From the NCBI GenBank assembly GCA_035249765.1, contig DATFGC010000176.1, forward strand, positions 1 to 29,993: a DNA stretch of 29,993 bases, read 5' to 3'. The notes under the pieces are model-generated. The model had not been told where the DNA came from and did not search any database. It saw only the letters and a program-made list of their open reading frames with translations. The DNA comes from Gemmatimonadales bacterium. GTDB taxonomy: Bacteria; Gemmatimonadota; Gemmatimonadetes; Gemmatimonadales; GWC2-71-9. This document shows, in pieces, positions 15,445-24,232 of the stretch; position 1 is the stretch's first letter, and every line of letters begins with the position of its first letter. Made by a program: the position numbers and the translations under genes.

Positions 15445-16074
15445 TTGCTCCAGGTCATCCCGCTTCCCAACGGCTCGTTCGACGAGAACTGCTACCTGGT
15501 CTACCAGCCCGGGTCTCCCGACACGGTGCTGGTCGATCCGGGAGAGGAGGCCGAGCGGTTTCTCGCGGAAGCGGCCCGGCGGGACCGCCGGATCACCGCG
15601 ATCTGGCTCACCCACGCCCACCTCGATCACATCGCCGGCGTGTCCGCGGTGCACCGGGCCTCCGGCGCCACGATTCACCTTCACCCCGCCGATCGCCCGC
15701 TCTACGAGGGCCTGCCGGAGCAGGGGCGCTGGTTCGGGCTCGAGCTGGATCCGCCCCCGTCTCCCGACGTGATGCTGCACCACGGCCAGCCTCTCGGCGT
15801 CGGCGACTTCTTTTTCGAGGTCCGGCACCTGCCCGGCCACTCGCCGGGGCACGTCTGCTTCACTGGGGACGGAATGGTGCTGGGCGGAGACGTGCTGTTC
15901 GAGGGCTCGATCGGGCGGAGCGATCTCCCCGGCGGAGATCTCGAGGCCCTGCTCAGCGGGATTCGGAGAGAGCTGCTGGTCCTTCCCGATGCCACCATCG
16001 TGTATCCGGGGCACGGGCCCGCCACCACCATCGGGCGGGAGCGGGAGGGGAATCCCTTTCTGGTGGGGCGGTAG
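15445..16074 (+). CDS. MBL-fold metallo-hydrolase (YcbL/glyoxalase II-like)
   Basis: THAHLDH, PGHSPGH, GDVLF, YPGHG; start uncertain (TTG 15445). Confidence 0.88.
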   Translation: MLQVIPLPNGSFDENCYLVYQPGSPDTVLVDPGEEAERFLAEAARRDRRITAIWLTHAHLDHIAGVSAVHRASGATIHLHPADRPLYEGLPEQGRWFGLELDPPPSPDVMLHHGQPLGVGDFFFEVRHLPGHSPGHVCFTGDGMVLGGDVLFEGSIGRSDLPGGDLEALLSGIRRELLVLPDATIVYPGHGPATTIGREREGNPFLVGR

Positions 16075-16101
16075 GTTGAAGGGCGGCTGGACGGTAGGTT
16101 T

Positions 16102-16132
16102 GCTGAAGGCTGATGGCTGACGGCTGACGGCT
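16102..16132. repeat. Heptamer tandem array (GCTGANG)x4
   Basis: gctgaag gctgatg gctgacg gctgacg gct; the reverse complement is the same family as the E2-linker heptamer. Confidence 0.8.
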
Positions 16133-16149
16133 TCACCCCACAGGACGAC

Positions 16150-17568
16150 ATGGAATTCCGGACTGAGAAGGATCCTCTCGGCGAAAAACAGGTTCCCGCC
16201 GACGCGCTCTACGGCATTCAGACCCTGCGGGCGGCGGAGAACTTCCCCATCTCCGGCCTCCGGCCGCTGCCCGCCTTCGTGGACGCGGTCATCTGGATCA
16301 AGAAGGCCGCGGCCCTCACCCACCGCGATACCGGGCGGCTGGACCCCCGGCTGGCCGACGCGATCGTGCAGGCGGCCGACGAGGTGCTTGCGGGGCAGCA
16401 CCGCGACCAGTTCGTGGTGGATGTCTACCAGGCGGGCGCCGGCACCAGCCACAACATGAACTGCAACGAGGTGCTGGCCAACCGGGCCAACGAGCTGCTC
16501 GGCGCCGCGCGGGGCAGCTACGCGCCGGTGCATCCGAACGACCACGTGAACATGGCCCAGAGCACCAATGACGTGATCCCGACCGCGATGCGGCTCGCCA
16601 CGCTGGCGACCCTGCCATCGCTGCTCGACGCGATGCAGGGGCTGGCGGAGTCGTTTCTCGCCAAGGGGCAGGAATTCGACGATATCATCAAGTCGGGCCG
16701 CACCCACCTGCAGGACGCGACGCCGATTCGTCTGGGCCAGGAGTTCATGGCCTGGGGCCGCACCGTGGCCCGGCACCGGGCCAAACTGGCCGAGGCCAGC
16801 GAATGGCTCCGGCCGATGAACATCGGCGGGACCGCGGTCGGCACCGGGCTCAACGCCGAAGCCGATTATCCTCGCCTCGTGGTGGAGCATCTCCGCAGCA
16901 TCACCGGGCTGGACCTGCGGGAAGCCCAGGACCGGATCCAGCTCATGCAGTCCATGGGCGACATCGCCACCATGAGCGGGGCGGTGCGGGCCTGGACCCT
17001 CGATCTCAACAAGATCGCCAACGACCTGCGGCTGCTGGCGTCCGGGCCCCGGACCGGGCTGGCCGAACTGCTGCTTCCGGCGGTCCAGCCGGGCTCCAGC
17101 ATCATGCCGGGCAAGGTGAATCCCTCCATTCCGGAAATGGTGAATCAGGTGTGTTACCAGGTCCTCGGCTTCGATACCACCGTCGCGCTGGGGTCCGAAG
17201 CCGGTCAGCTCCAGCTCAACGTGATGATGCCGGTCATCACCCACAACATGGTGTTCGGGCTCATGATCCTGGCCAATGCCACCCGGGGGCTCGACCAACG
17301 CTGCGTGCAGGGCATCGCGGCCGACGCGGAGCAGTGTGCCCGCTGGCTGGAGCGGAGCCCGGCGCTGGTTACCGCGCTGGCGCCCAGGATCGGCTATGCG
17401 GCCGCGGCGGCTCTCGCCAAGGAGGCGCTCGCCACCGGCCTCACGGTGAAGGAGCTGGTGATCCGGAAAAAGCTGCTGGAGGGAAAGGAGCTCGAGGAGG
17501 TGCTCGATCTCCGGGCGATGACCGAGCTCGGGGTGCCGGGCGGAAAGGGGCTCCCCGGGGGCGGATGA
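16150..17568 (+). CDS. aspA: Aspartate ammonia-lyase
   Basis: Fumarase/aspartase signature GSSIMPGKVNP; GAGTSHNMNCNEV is the AspA-type rather than FumC-type (SGTQSNMN) segment; GRTHLQDATP. Confidence 0.85.
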   Translation: MEFRTEKDPLGEKQVPADALYGIQTLRAAENFPISGLRPLPAFVDAVIWIKKAAALTHRDTGRLDPRLADAIVQAADEVLAGQHRDQFVVDVYQAGAGTSHNMNCNEVLANRANELLGAARGSYAPVHPNDHVNMAQSTNDVIPTAMRLATLATLPSLLDAMQGLAESFLAKGQEFDDIIKSGRTHLQDATPIRLGQEFMAWGRTVARHRAKLAEASEWLRPMNIGGTAVGTGLNAEADYPRLVVEHLRSITGLDLREAQDRIQLMQSMGDIATMSGAVRAWTLDLNKIANDLRLLASGPRTGLAELLLPAVQPGSSIMPGKVNPSIPEMVNQVCYQVLGFDTTVALGSEAGQLQLNVMMPVITHNMVFGLMILANATRGLDQRCVQGIAADAEQCARWLERSPALVTALAPRIGYAAAAALAKEALATGLTVKELVIRKKLLEGKELEEVLDLRAMTELGVPGGKGLPGGG

Positions 17569-17572
17569 GCGC

Positions 17573-18628
17573 TCAGCGGGAGAGGGTGTCCACCGGGGTC
17601 CGTCCCAGGAAGGCGGACCGCACCAGCAGCCAGCGCTCGACCACCACCCTGGGCGGCACGGTGCGGTGGGCGTGGACACAGGCGGCCTGGAATTCCTGGA
17701 CCAGGGTCGGCGCGATCGGATTATAGAAGACGGTGCAGGTGGCCGAGGTGAAGGTGGTTCCCCTGGGCGGCAGATTCACCATCCGGGCCTCGGAGCGCAT
17801 CAGCCGCATCGTCAGCGAATCGATCAGAAACGACCCCGCCCAGTCCACGCTCCGGATCTCGGCGCGCGGCGCGAACTCGATCCGGTACCCGGGAAAGCCC
17901 TCCACCGTGGTATCCCGACCGGCGTACCAGAAGCAGTGCGACTTGCGGAATTCCTCCCGGGCCAGGTCCGAGGTCGTGAAATACTTGGCGTTCTCGGTGC
18001 GCCCCCGGGGCGGGTTGAGAGGAAGCACCCGCCCTTTCCGGTATCCCGTCAGGCTTCTGCTGTCGTAGTGCACCGTATCGATCCAGCCGCCGACCCGCTG
18101 CCGGGTCGAATCGAGGATGGTGGTGGCCCGCTGGAAAGCGACCCGGAACGGATAGGAGCGCTCCATCGCGAGGAGCCGCTCGGCGTTCTTGAAGGCCTCG
18201 TCGAGGATGGATCCCCCTTCCGCATCCGCTCCCAGCTCCTCGACGCCGGTGCACACGCTCCCGTGGACCACCACTTCGGGGAGCACCACCGCCTGCCGGG
18301 CGAGGTGCACGGTGAGGGAGGTGGTCCGGTCCCGGGCGCCCGGCACCGTGATCCGCACCGGACGGTACCCGATCTGCTGAACCCGCAAGGTGATCTCGCC
18401 GCGGCCCAGGCCGGTCAGCGTGAAACGTCCCGATTCTCCCGCGAACACCTGCTGATCCTTTCCTACCACGATCACCAGCGCGTAGCTCACCGGCGCGCCC
18501 GAAGCGCTGTCGCGCACGATGCCGGTGAGCACCGCTTCGTCCCGCTCCTGGGCCGCCAGGCCGGCGACGGATCCCCCGGCGGGCACCAGCAGGGCAGCGA
18601 GGAAGACGGATGGAACGGTGATGCCCAT
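17573..18628 (-). CDS. Secreted protein with carboxypeptidase-regulatory-like N-domain, paralog 1
   Basis: Signal peptide; LTGIVRDSASGAPV..G.F.LTGL..GEITLRVQQIGY; unknown C-terminal domain shared with the neighbour. Confidence 0.85.
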   Translation of the reverse strand: MGITVPSVFLAALLVPAGGSVAGLAAQERDEAVLTGIVRDSASGAPVSYALVIVVGKDQQVFAGESGRFTLTGLGRGEITLRVQQIGYRPVRITVPGARDRTTSLTVHLARQAVVLPEVVVHGSVCTGVEELGADAEGGSILDEAFKNAERLLAMERSYPFRVAFQRATTILDSTRQRVGGWIDTVHYDSRSLTGYRKGRVLPLNPPRGRTENAKYFTTSDLAREEFRKSHCFWYAGRDTTVEGFPGYRIEFAPRAEIRSVDWAGSFLIDSLTMRLMRSEARMVNLPPRGTTFTSATCTVFYNPIAPTLVQEFQAACVHAHRTVPPRVVVERWLLVRSAFLGRTPVDTLSR

Positions 18629-18637
18629 GCGGGAAAG

Positions 18638-19702
18638 CTACCGCTCTTCCCCGGGTATGGGAGCGCCCGGATCTTTCCCGAGGAACTCGCGATTCACCAG
18701 CAGCCAGCGCTCGACCACAATCCGCCGGGGCGGACCCCGCCTGGTCGACACGCAGCGGGCCTCATGCTCCTGGGGAAGACTCGGGAGGATCGGCCGGTAG
18801 AAGATGGTGCACACCACCGAGAGGACCTCGGTGCCCCGCCGGGGCAGGTTCACGACGCGGGCCTCGGTCCGGAGCAGGGACATCGAGGCCGAGTCCACCA
18901 GCAGCGAGCCGGCCCAGTCCACGGTGCGGACCTCGGGCCGGGGCGCAAACCCGATCCGGAAGCCGGTGAAGCCGGCCACGCTGTCCCGGCCGGAGTACCA
19001 GAAGCAGTGGGTGCGCTGGAACTCCGCTCGCGCGATGTCGGATGTCGTGAACGCGTTGATCCGCTCGAGGCGGGTCCCGGGCCGCTCCACTACCCTGCCG
19101 GCACGATAGGCAGACAAGGTGCGACTGTCCCGCCGAATGGTGTCGATCTCGCCGCCGATCCGCGCGTAGCTGGAGTCGAGGATGGTGGTGCCCAGCTGGT
19201 AGTGGAGCACGAACGGAAAGGCCCGTTCCAGGGTCAGGATGCGCTCGGCATTCTGATAGGCTTCCTCGAGAATCGTGCCGCCCTCGGGGGCCAGGGTGCC
19301 CGCTTCCCGCATTCCGGGACAGGCGCCCCCCAGTGCGACCAGCTCGGGAAGCACCAGGGCTCGCCGTCGCATCGACACCGCGAGCTCGGCCGTCGCCGCT
19401 CCCGCTTCCGTCTCGGCCGCCACCCGGAGGTCGAGGGTAACCGGGTGATAGCCGATCTGGCGTACCCGGAGACCGACCCGGCCCGCGCCGACTCCGCTCA
19501 GCCGGAACCGGCCGGACGAGCTCGCAAACACCTGCTGTTGTCCCCCGGCCAGCTCCACCAGGGCGTACCCCACCGGCTCCCCGGTGCTGCTGTCGCGAAC
19601 CACGCCGCTCAGAATGCCCCGCCGCGCCACGACCGGGACCTGAGCTTCGCCGGGAACCGCCCGAAGCGCGAGGAGGAGCAGCAGCAGCGGGGGCAGGCGC
19701 AT
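18638..19702 (-). CDS. Secreted protein with carboxypeptidase-regulatory-like N-domain, paralog 2
   Basis: Start at ATG 19702 (MRLPPLLLLLLALRAVPGEAQ); collinear similarity to 17573-18628 (HCFWY.GRD, VDWAGS.L.DS, VVERWLLV). Confidence 0.85.
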   Translation of the reverse strand: MRLPPLLLLLLALRAVPGEAQVPVVARRGILSGVVRDSSTGEPVGYALVELAGGQQQVFASSSGRFRLSGVGAGRVGLRVRQIGYHPVTLDLRVAAETEAGAATAELAVSMRRRALVLPELVALGGACPGMREAGTLAPEGGTILEEAYQNAERILTLERAFPFVLHYQLGTTILDSSYARIGGEIDTIRRDSRTLSAYRAGRVVERPGTRLERINAFTTSDIARAEFQRTHCFWYSGRDSVAGFTGFRIGFAPRPEVRTVDWAGSLLVDSASMSLLRTEARVVNLPRRGTEVLSVVCTIFYRPILPSLPQEHEARCVSTRRGPPRRIVVERWLLVNREFLGKDPGAPIPGEER

Positions 19703-19731
19703 GGGGAGAAAGCTACCGGGCCGAGGCCGGG

Positions 19732-19760
19732 TTGTCCCGCCCTGCCCGGGAGGGGATATT
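19732..19760 (+). promoter_or_regulatory. sigma70-like promoter of the Rrf2 gene (probably leaderless)
   Basis: TTGTCC (19732-19737) - 17 nt - GATATT (19755-19760), 6 nt before ATG 19767. Confidence 0.45.
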
Positions 19761-19766
19761 GCATGC

Positions 19767-20228
19767 ATGCGGGTGACCACCTGGACTGAATACAGCCTGA
19801 TCATCGCCCTGCACCTCGGCAAGCGCCGGCGCGGAGCGCCCGATCCGATCGCGGCTCGCGAGCTGGCGGAAATCGAGCGGCTTCCCTCCGACTATGTCGA
19901 GCAGATCCTGCTCCGGCTGCGCCGGGCGGGGCTGGTGGAGAGCGTCCGCGGGGCGCGGGGCGGCTATTACCTCGCCCGGGATCCGGTCAGCATCACGGTG
20001 CACGACGTGATGGCGGCCTCGGAGCACCAGACCTTCGAAATCAACTGCCTCAATCACCCGGTCGATGCCGAACGGTGCAGTCCGGGCACCGCCTGCTCGA
20101 TCCGCCCGGTGTGGCACGCGCTGCAGCGGCGGGTCGACGAGCTGCTCTCCGGCATCACCCTCGCCGATCTCCTCACCGATCAGCCGGCGGCTCCCGAGCT
20201 GGTGACGATCGCCCCGTCGGAGAGCTGA
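19767..20228 (+). CDS. Rrf2-family transcriptional regulator (IscR/CymR-like, three C-terminal Cys)
   Basis: EYSL..., YVEQILLRLRRAGLVESVRGARGGYYLAR, C-x9-C-x5-C then RPVW. Confidence 0.92.
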   Translation: MRVTTWTEYSLIIALHLGKRRRGAPDPIAARELAEIERLPSDYVEQILLRLRRAGLVESVRGARGGYYLARDPVSITVHDVMAASEHQTFEINCLNHPVDAERCSPGTACSIRPVWHALQRRVDELLSGITLADLLTDQPAAPELVTIAPSES

Positions 20229-20229
20229 A

Positions 20230-21354
20230 ACGCTCACTTCCCAGGAGCTGATTCGCTACGCCCGGCACCTGACGCTCGGAGAAATCGGCGTCGCCGGGCA
20301 GGAACGGCTGGCTGGCGCGCGGGTGCTGCTGGTGGGAGCCGGCGGGCTCGGCTCGCCCGCGGCGCTGTACCTTGCCGCCGCGGGCGTGGGCACCCTGGGC
20401 ATCGTGGACGCCGACCGGGTGGACCTGACCAACCTCCAGCGCCAGGTGCTTCACGGGACGGCCGCGGTGGGCAGCGCGAAGACCGAATCGGCCCGGGAGC
20501 GGCTCGCTGATCTCAATCCGCACGTGCAAGTCGTTCCCCATCCGGTCCGGCTCACCTCGGAGAACGCGCTCGAGATCCTCGGGGCCTATGACTTCGCCCT
20601 CGACGGGAGCGACAATTTCCCTACCCGCTACCTCGTGAACGACGCCTCGCTGCTGCTGGGCAAGCCCTACGTCTACGGGAGCATCTTCCGGTTCGACGGA
20701 CAGGTGTCGGTGTTCGGTGCGCCGGACGGTCCCTGCTACCGCTGCCTCTTTGCCGAGCCGCCTCCCCCCGATCTGGTGCCCGGCTGCGCCGAAGCGGGGG
20801 TCCTCGGCGTGCTGCCCGGCATGGTCGGGAGCCTGCAGGCGCTGGAAGCGATCAAGTGGATTCTCGGGGTGGGCGAGTCCATGGTCGGCCGCCTCCTCCT
20901 GGTGGACGCGCTCCGGATGCGCTTCCGGGAGATCGCCCTGCGGCGGGACCCGGAATGCGCGGGGTGCGGCCCCCATCGCAGCATCACCGGTCTGATCGAC
21001 TACGAGGCCTATTGCGGCTTGGGCTCACCGGAGAGCGATCAGCAGCCCGAGGTGAGCGTGGGCGAGCTGCGGCAGGGGCTCCAGAGCCGGGAGCTGCTGG
21101 TCGTCGACGTGCGGGAGCCCTGGGAATGGGAAATTGCCCGAATTGAGGGGAGCCGGCATCTGCCGCTGGGTGAGCTGCCCGGCCGGCTGGGCGAGCTGGA
21201 TCCGCATGCCGAGATCGTCACCGTCTGTCACAAGGGAAAGCGCTCCCTCCAGGCGCAACAGCTTCTGCAAGGTGCGGGATTCCGGGTCCGAAGCCTGGCC
21301 GGCGGGATCGATGCGTGGGCGGAGGTGGCGGAGCCGGGGATGGCGAGATACTGA
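20230..21354 (+). CDS. moeB: MoeB/ThiF adenylyltransferase with C-terminal rhodanese (MoeZ-like); start codon anomalous
   Basis: RYARHL..EIG..GQERL, GAGGLG, DLTNLQRQ, CYRC, CAGC, rhodanese DVRE..EW and VCHKGKRS. The conserved N-terminus extends upstream of the ORF-track start (20323). Confidence 0.9.
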   Translation, partial: TLTSQELIRYARHLTLGEIGVAGQERLAGARVLLVGAGGLGSPAALYLAAAGVGTLGIVDADRVDLTNLQRQVLHGTAAVGSAKTESARERLADLNPHVQVVPHPVRLTSENALEILGAYDFALDGSDNFPTRYLVNDASLLLGKPYVYGSIFRFDGQVSVFGAPDGPCYRCLFAEPPPPDLVPGCAEAGVLGVLPGMVGSLQALEAIKWILGVGESMVGRLLLVDALRMRFREIALRRDPECAGCGPHRSITGLIDYEAYCGLGSPESDQQPEVSVGELRQGLQSRELLVVDVREPWEWEIARIEGSRHLPLGELPGRLGELDPHAEIVTVCHKGKRSLQAQQLLQGAGFRVRSLAGGIDAWAEVAEPGMARY

Positions 21355-21355
21355 A

Positions 21356-21471
21356 AACGCAAAGACCGAAAGACGCAAAGACGGAAAGACGCAAAGAGGG
21401 GTTGAGCCGGGGGCGGGGAGGGCGGACTCAACGCGGAGTGAAACGTTGCGTCCTTGCGTCTTTGCGTCTTC
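21356..21471. repeat. Inverted octamer array (GACGCAAA-like)x5 ... (TTTGCGTC-like)x3
   Basis: Units at 21356-21395 and 21446-21469, between the convergent moeB and tRNA-Leu. Confidence 0.88.
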
Positions 21472-21477
21472 TGACTG

Positions 21478-21566
<89 letters not shown>

Positions 21567-21576
21567 TTGGGCGCCA

Positions 21577-21605
21577 AAGGTAGGGGACCCCTCCCCGGGG
21601 GTCAA
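21577..21605 (-). promoter_or_regulatory. sigma70 promoter of tRNA-Leu
   Basis: Minus strand TTGACC - 17 nt - TACCTT followed by a GC-rich discriminator. Confidence 0.7.
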
Positions 21606-21613
21606 GCTGCGCG

Positions 21614-21642
21614 TTGCCCGCCCCGTTCGAGTGGCCTATCTT
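21614..21642 (+). promoter_or_regulatory. sigma70 promoter of smpB, divergent from the tRNA
   Basis: TTGCCC (21614-21619) - 17 nt - TATCTT (21637-21642). Confidence 0.6.
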
Positions 21643-21660
21643 CCGATTCCAGAGCCACTT

Positions 21661-22146
21661 ATGAACGAAAAACGCGGTGCCGCCGACCCCAAAGCCAGGA
21701 TCTCCGTGGCACGGAATCCGCGGGCGACCTACGACTACCACCTCCAGGAGCAGTGGGAAGCGGGGATCGTTCTCACCGGCACCGAGGTCAAGAGTCTCCG
21801 GACCGGAAAGGCATCCATCAAGGAAGCATACGCGGTGCTCCGCCACGGCGAAGTCTGGCTCGAAGGGATGCACATCACCCCCTACGAGCAGGGCAACCGG
21901 TGGAATCCCGCCTCGCCGGTCCGGGCCCGCAAACTCCTGATGCACCGGCGGGAGATCGAGCGGCTGATCGGCGGGGTGGAGCAGAAAGGATTCACGCTGG
22001 TGCCGCTGGAGCTGTACTTCAGCCGGGGCCGCGCCAAGGTCGCCCTGGCGCTGGCCAAGGGGAAGAAGAGTCATGATCGTCGCGAAGACATCAAGCGCCG
22101 GATTGCCGACCGCGAAATGTCCCGGGCCCTGAAGAGCCACCGCTGA
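21661..22146 (+). CDS. smpB: SsrA-binding protein
   Basis: NPRATYDY..EAGIVLTGTEVKSLR, RKLLMHRREI, LAKGKKSHDRRE; start at ATG 21661. Confidence 0.96.
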   Translation: MNEKRGAADPKARISVARNPRATYDYHLQEQWEAGIVLTGTEVKSLRTGKASIKEAYAVLRHGEVWLEGMHITPYEQGNRWNPASPVRARKLLMHRREIERLIGGVEQKGFTLVPLELYFSRGRAKVALALAKGKKSHDRREDIKRRIADREMSRALKSHR

Positions 22147-23366
22147 TGCTCGCAGTCCTCCTGCTGGCGCTGGCGGGACCCCCGCCGCCCGGAAGCCCGG
22201 CTCCCCTTTCCATCGTGATCCGGTCCTCGCGGGGCGAGTCCCGGATCCCGGTGCAGCTCGATGCGTCCTCGGGCCCGGTCCTGCCCGCGCCCGCGGTTCT
22301 CCGTGCCCTGGGGGCCAGCGCCGCGCGGGGTGAGGGATGGGCCGAGGTCGCGATCACGGGACGCTCGTTCCGGTTCCTGCTGGGCGCGCCGCTCTACACT
22401 TTCGAAGGCAAGCTCCGGCCGCTCGCCGGGGCCGCCTCGGTCCGCCGGGATACCCTGCTGCTTCCCCTGCAGTTTCTGTCCGAAGTGCTTCCCCGGATCC
22501 TGGCCGACCGGTTCCGCTACGATGCCCGCGCCGCCCGGCTGATCGACAACGCCCCCGCGGCGGCCGCGGTGGATCCCGAGGCGCGCGACCCGAACCGGCT
22601 TCCCAACGGGCTCCGCACGGGTCATGTGGTGACGGTGGACGCCGGGCACGGCGGGGTCGATCCCGGCAATCCCGGTCTCTATTTCCCCCGCGGGCTCAAG
22701 GAAAAGCACATCACCCTGGAGCTGGCGCTGCTGCTCCGCGACGAGCTGCGGCAGCGCGGGGTGAAGGTGGTCATGACCCGCTCGCGGGATACCCTGATCG
22801 ACCTCTACCAGCGGGGCAGCTACTGTACCCAGGAGTGCGACCTCTTCATCAGCATCCACATCAATTCGCTCAACAAGCGTCCCGGGTACACCAGGGTGCG
22901 CGGGTTCGAAACCTACTTTCTGGCCGAGGCGAAGACCGAGGACGCCGCCCGGGTGGCGCGGATGGAAAACGAAGCCGTGCGCTTCGACCGGTCCGGCAGC
23001 GACGCCGCGCGGCTCGGAGGACTCGACTTTCTCCTCAAGGATCTGCAGCTCAACGAGCACCTTCGGGAATCGGCGCGTGCGGCCGAGCTGGTGCAGTCCT
23101 ACCTGCAGGAGGCCCACACCGGTCCGGATCTCGGCGTCAAACAGGCCGGACTCGTCGTGCTCACCACCGCCCGCCGTCCGTCCATTCTCGTCGAGGTCGG
23201 CTTCAGCACCAACCCGGAGGACGCCAAGCTGCTGACCACCCGGGCGAGCCAGAAGAACCTCGCCGCTTCGATGGCGGACGCGGTGGTGGCCTACCTCCTC
23301 GAATACGAGCGCAAAGTCGGGGAAGGCTCCGCCTCCGCCGTGACCGGGCGCGCGGGCACGCCGTGA
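22146..23366 (+). CDS. N-acetylmuramoyl-L-alanine amidase (Amidase_3)
   Basis: Signal peptide; VDAGHGGVDPG, EK..TL, FISIHIN, GFETY, SILVEVGF. Confidence 0.9.
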   Translation: MLAVLLLALAGPPPPGSPAPLSIVIRSSRGESRIPVQLDASSGPVLPAPAVLRALGASAARGEGWAEVAITGRSFRFLLGAPLYTFEGKLRPLAGAASVRRDTLLLPLQFLSEVLPRILADRFRYDARAARLIDNAPAAAAVDPEARDPNRLPNGLRTGHVVTVDAGHGGVDPGNPGLYFPRGLKEKHITLELALLLRDELRQRGVKVVMTRSRDTLIDLYQRGSYCTQECDLFISIHINSLNKRPGYTRVRGFETYFLAEAKTEDAARVARMENEAVRFDRSGSDAARLGGLDFLLKDLQLNEHLRESARAAELVQSYLQEAHTGPDLGVKQAGLVVLTTARRPSILVEVGFSTNPEDAKLLTTRASQKNLAASMADAVVAYLLEYERKVGEGSASAVTGRAGTP

Positions 23367-24232
23367 CGGCGCTGGATCTTTCCCGCGAACTCTTCGGCCA
23401 CCGCTTTCAGAATCCGATTCTCCTCGCCGCCGGCACCGCCGGATACGGGCGCGAGCTCGATGGCGTGATGGACCTGGACCGGCTTGGCGGCCTCGTCACC
23501 AAGGCGGTGTCTCTTATGCCCCGGGCCGGCAACCGGGCGCCCCGGGTCGCCGAGTTTCCCGGCGGGATGCTCAACTCGGTGGGGCTCGCCAATCCCGGTC
23601 TCGCGGAGGTCCGGGCCCGGGATCTTCCCTGGCTGATCGGGCGGCTCCGCCGGGCCAGGATCCTGGTGAACATCGTCGGGTTCACCGAAGCCGAATACGC
23701 CGAGGTGATCGCGGGTCTGGAGGATCTCGAGGGCATCACTGCCTGGGAGCTCAACTTGTCCTGCCCCAATACCTCCGCTGGAGGGATCGAGTTCGGCGCC
23801 GACCCCGTTGCGGTGGCCCGGATTGTTTCCGGGTGCCGGGCGGTTACCCGGCGCGCGCTGATCGCCAAGCTCTCGCCGGTGCTCCCCGACATTCCGTCCA
23901 TCGCGGCGGTCGCGGTCGGCGCCGGGGCCGACGGTATATCGGTCGTGAACACCATCCCGGGCTTCCTTGCGCGGGAGGGACTGCCGCGTCTGGGGAACGG
24001 CAGCGGCGGGGTGAGCGGGCCGGCCCTGCTTCCGGTTGGGCTGCTCGCGGTGCAGAAGGTAAAAGCCCGGCTGCCCGATATCCCGGTGATCGGGGTCGGG
24101 GGAGTGCGGAGCGGGGACGACGTCCGGCAGTACCTCGCGGCCGGCGCTTCCCTGGTGGCCATCGGAACCGCGCAGCTCGCCGATCCCCGGCTGCCCGAGC
24201 GGATCGTGGAGGAGCTGATGACCCATGGCTGA
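23363..24232 (+). CDS. pyrD: Dihydroorotate dehydrogenase (class 1)
   Basis: GTGA overlap start; NPILLAAGT, TKAV, NSVGLANPG, ELNLSCPN, AKLSP, NT..GG.SG, GVGG. Confidence 0.92.
   Translation: MTALDLSRELFGHRFQNPILLAAGTAGYGRELDGVMDLDRLGGLVTKAVSLMPRAGNRAPRVAEFPGGMLNSVGLANPGLAEVRARDLPWLIGRLRRARILVNIVGFTEAEYAEVIAGLEDLEGITAWELNLSCPNTSAGGIEFGADPVAVARIVSGCRAVTRRALIAKLSPVLPDIPSIAAVAVGAGADGISVVNTIPGFLAREGLPRLGNGSGGVSGPALLPVGLLAVQKVKARLPDIPVIGVGGVRSGDDVRQYLAAGASLVAIGTAQLADPRLPERIVEELMTHG

Noticed and set aside
15418-19789. Long ORFs 15418-17679 (-) and 17666-19789 (+)
   Set aside because: Antisense shadows of real genes (MBL, aspA, secreted paralogs) typical of high-GC DNA, with no motifs. The same applies to 380-1420, 1122-2450, 6051-7691, 7928-9115, 9928-11298, 22071-23117, 25084-26172 and 26474-27700.
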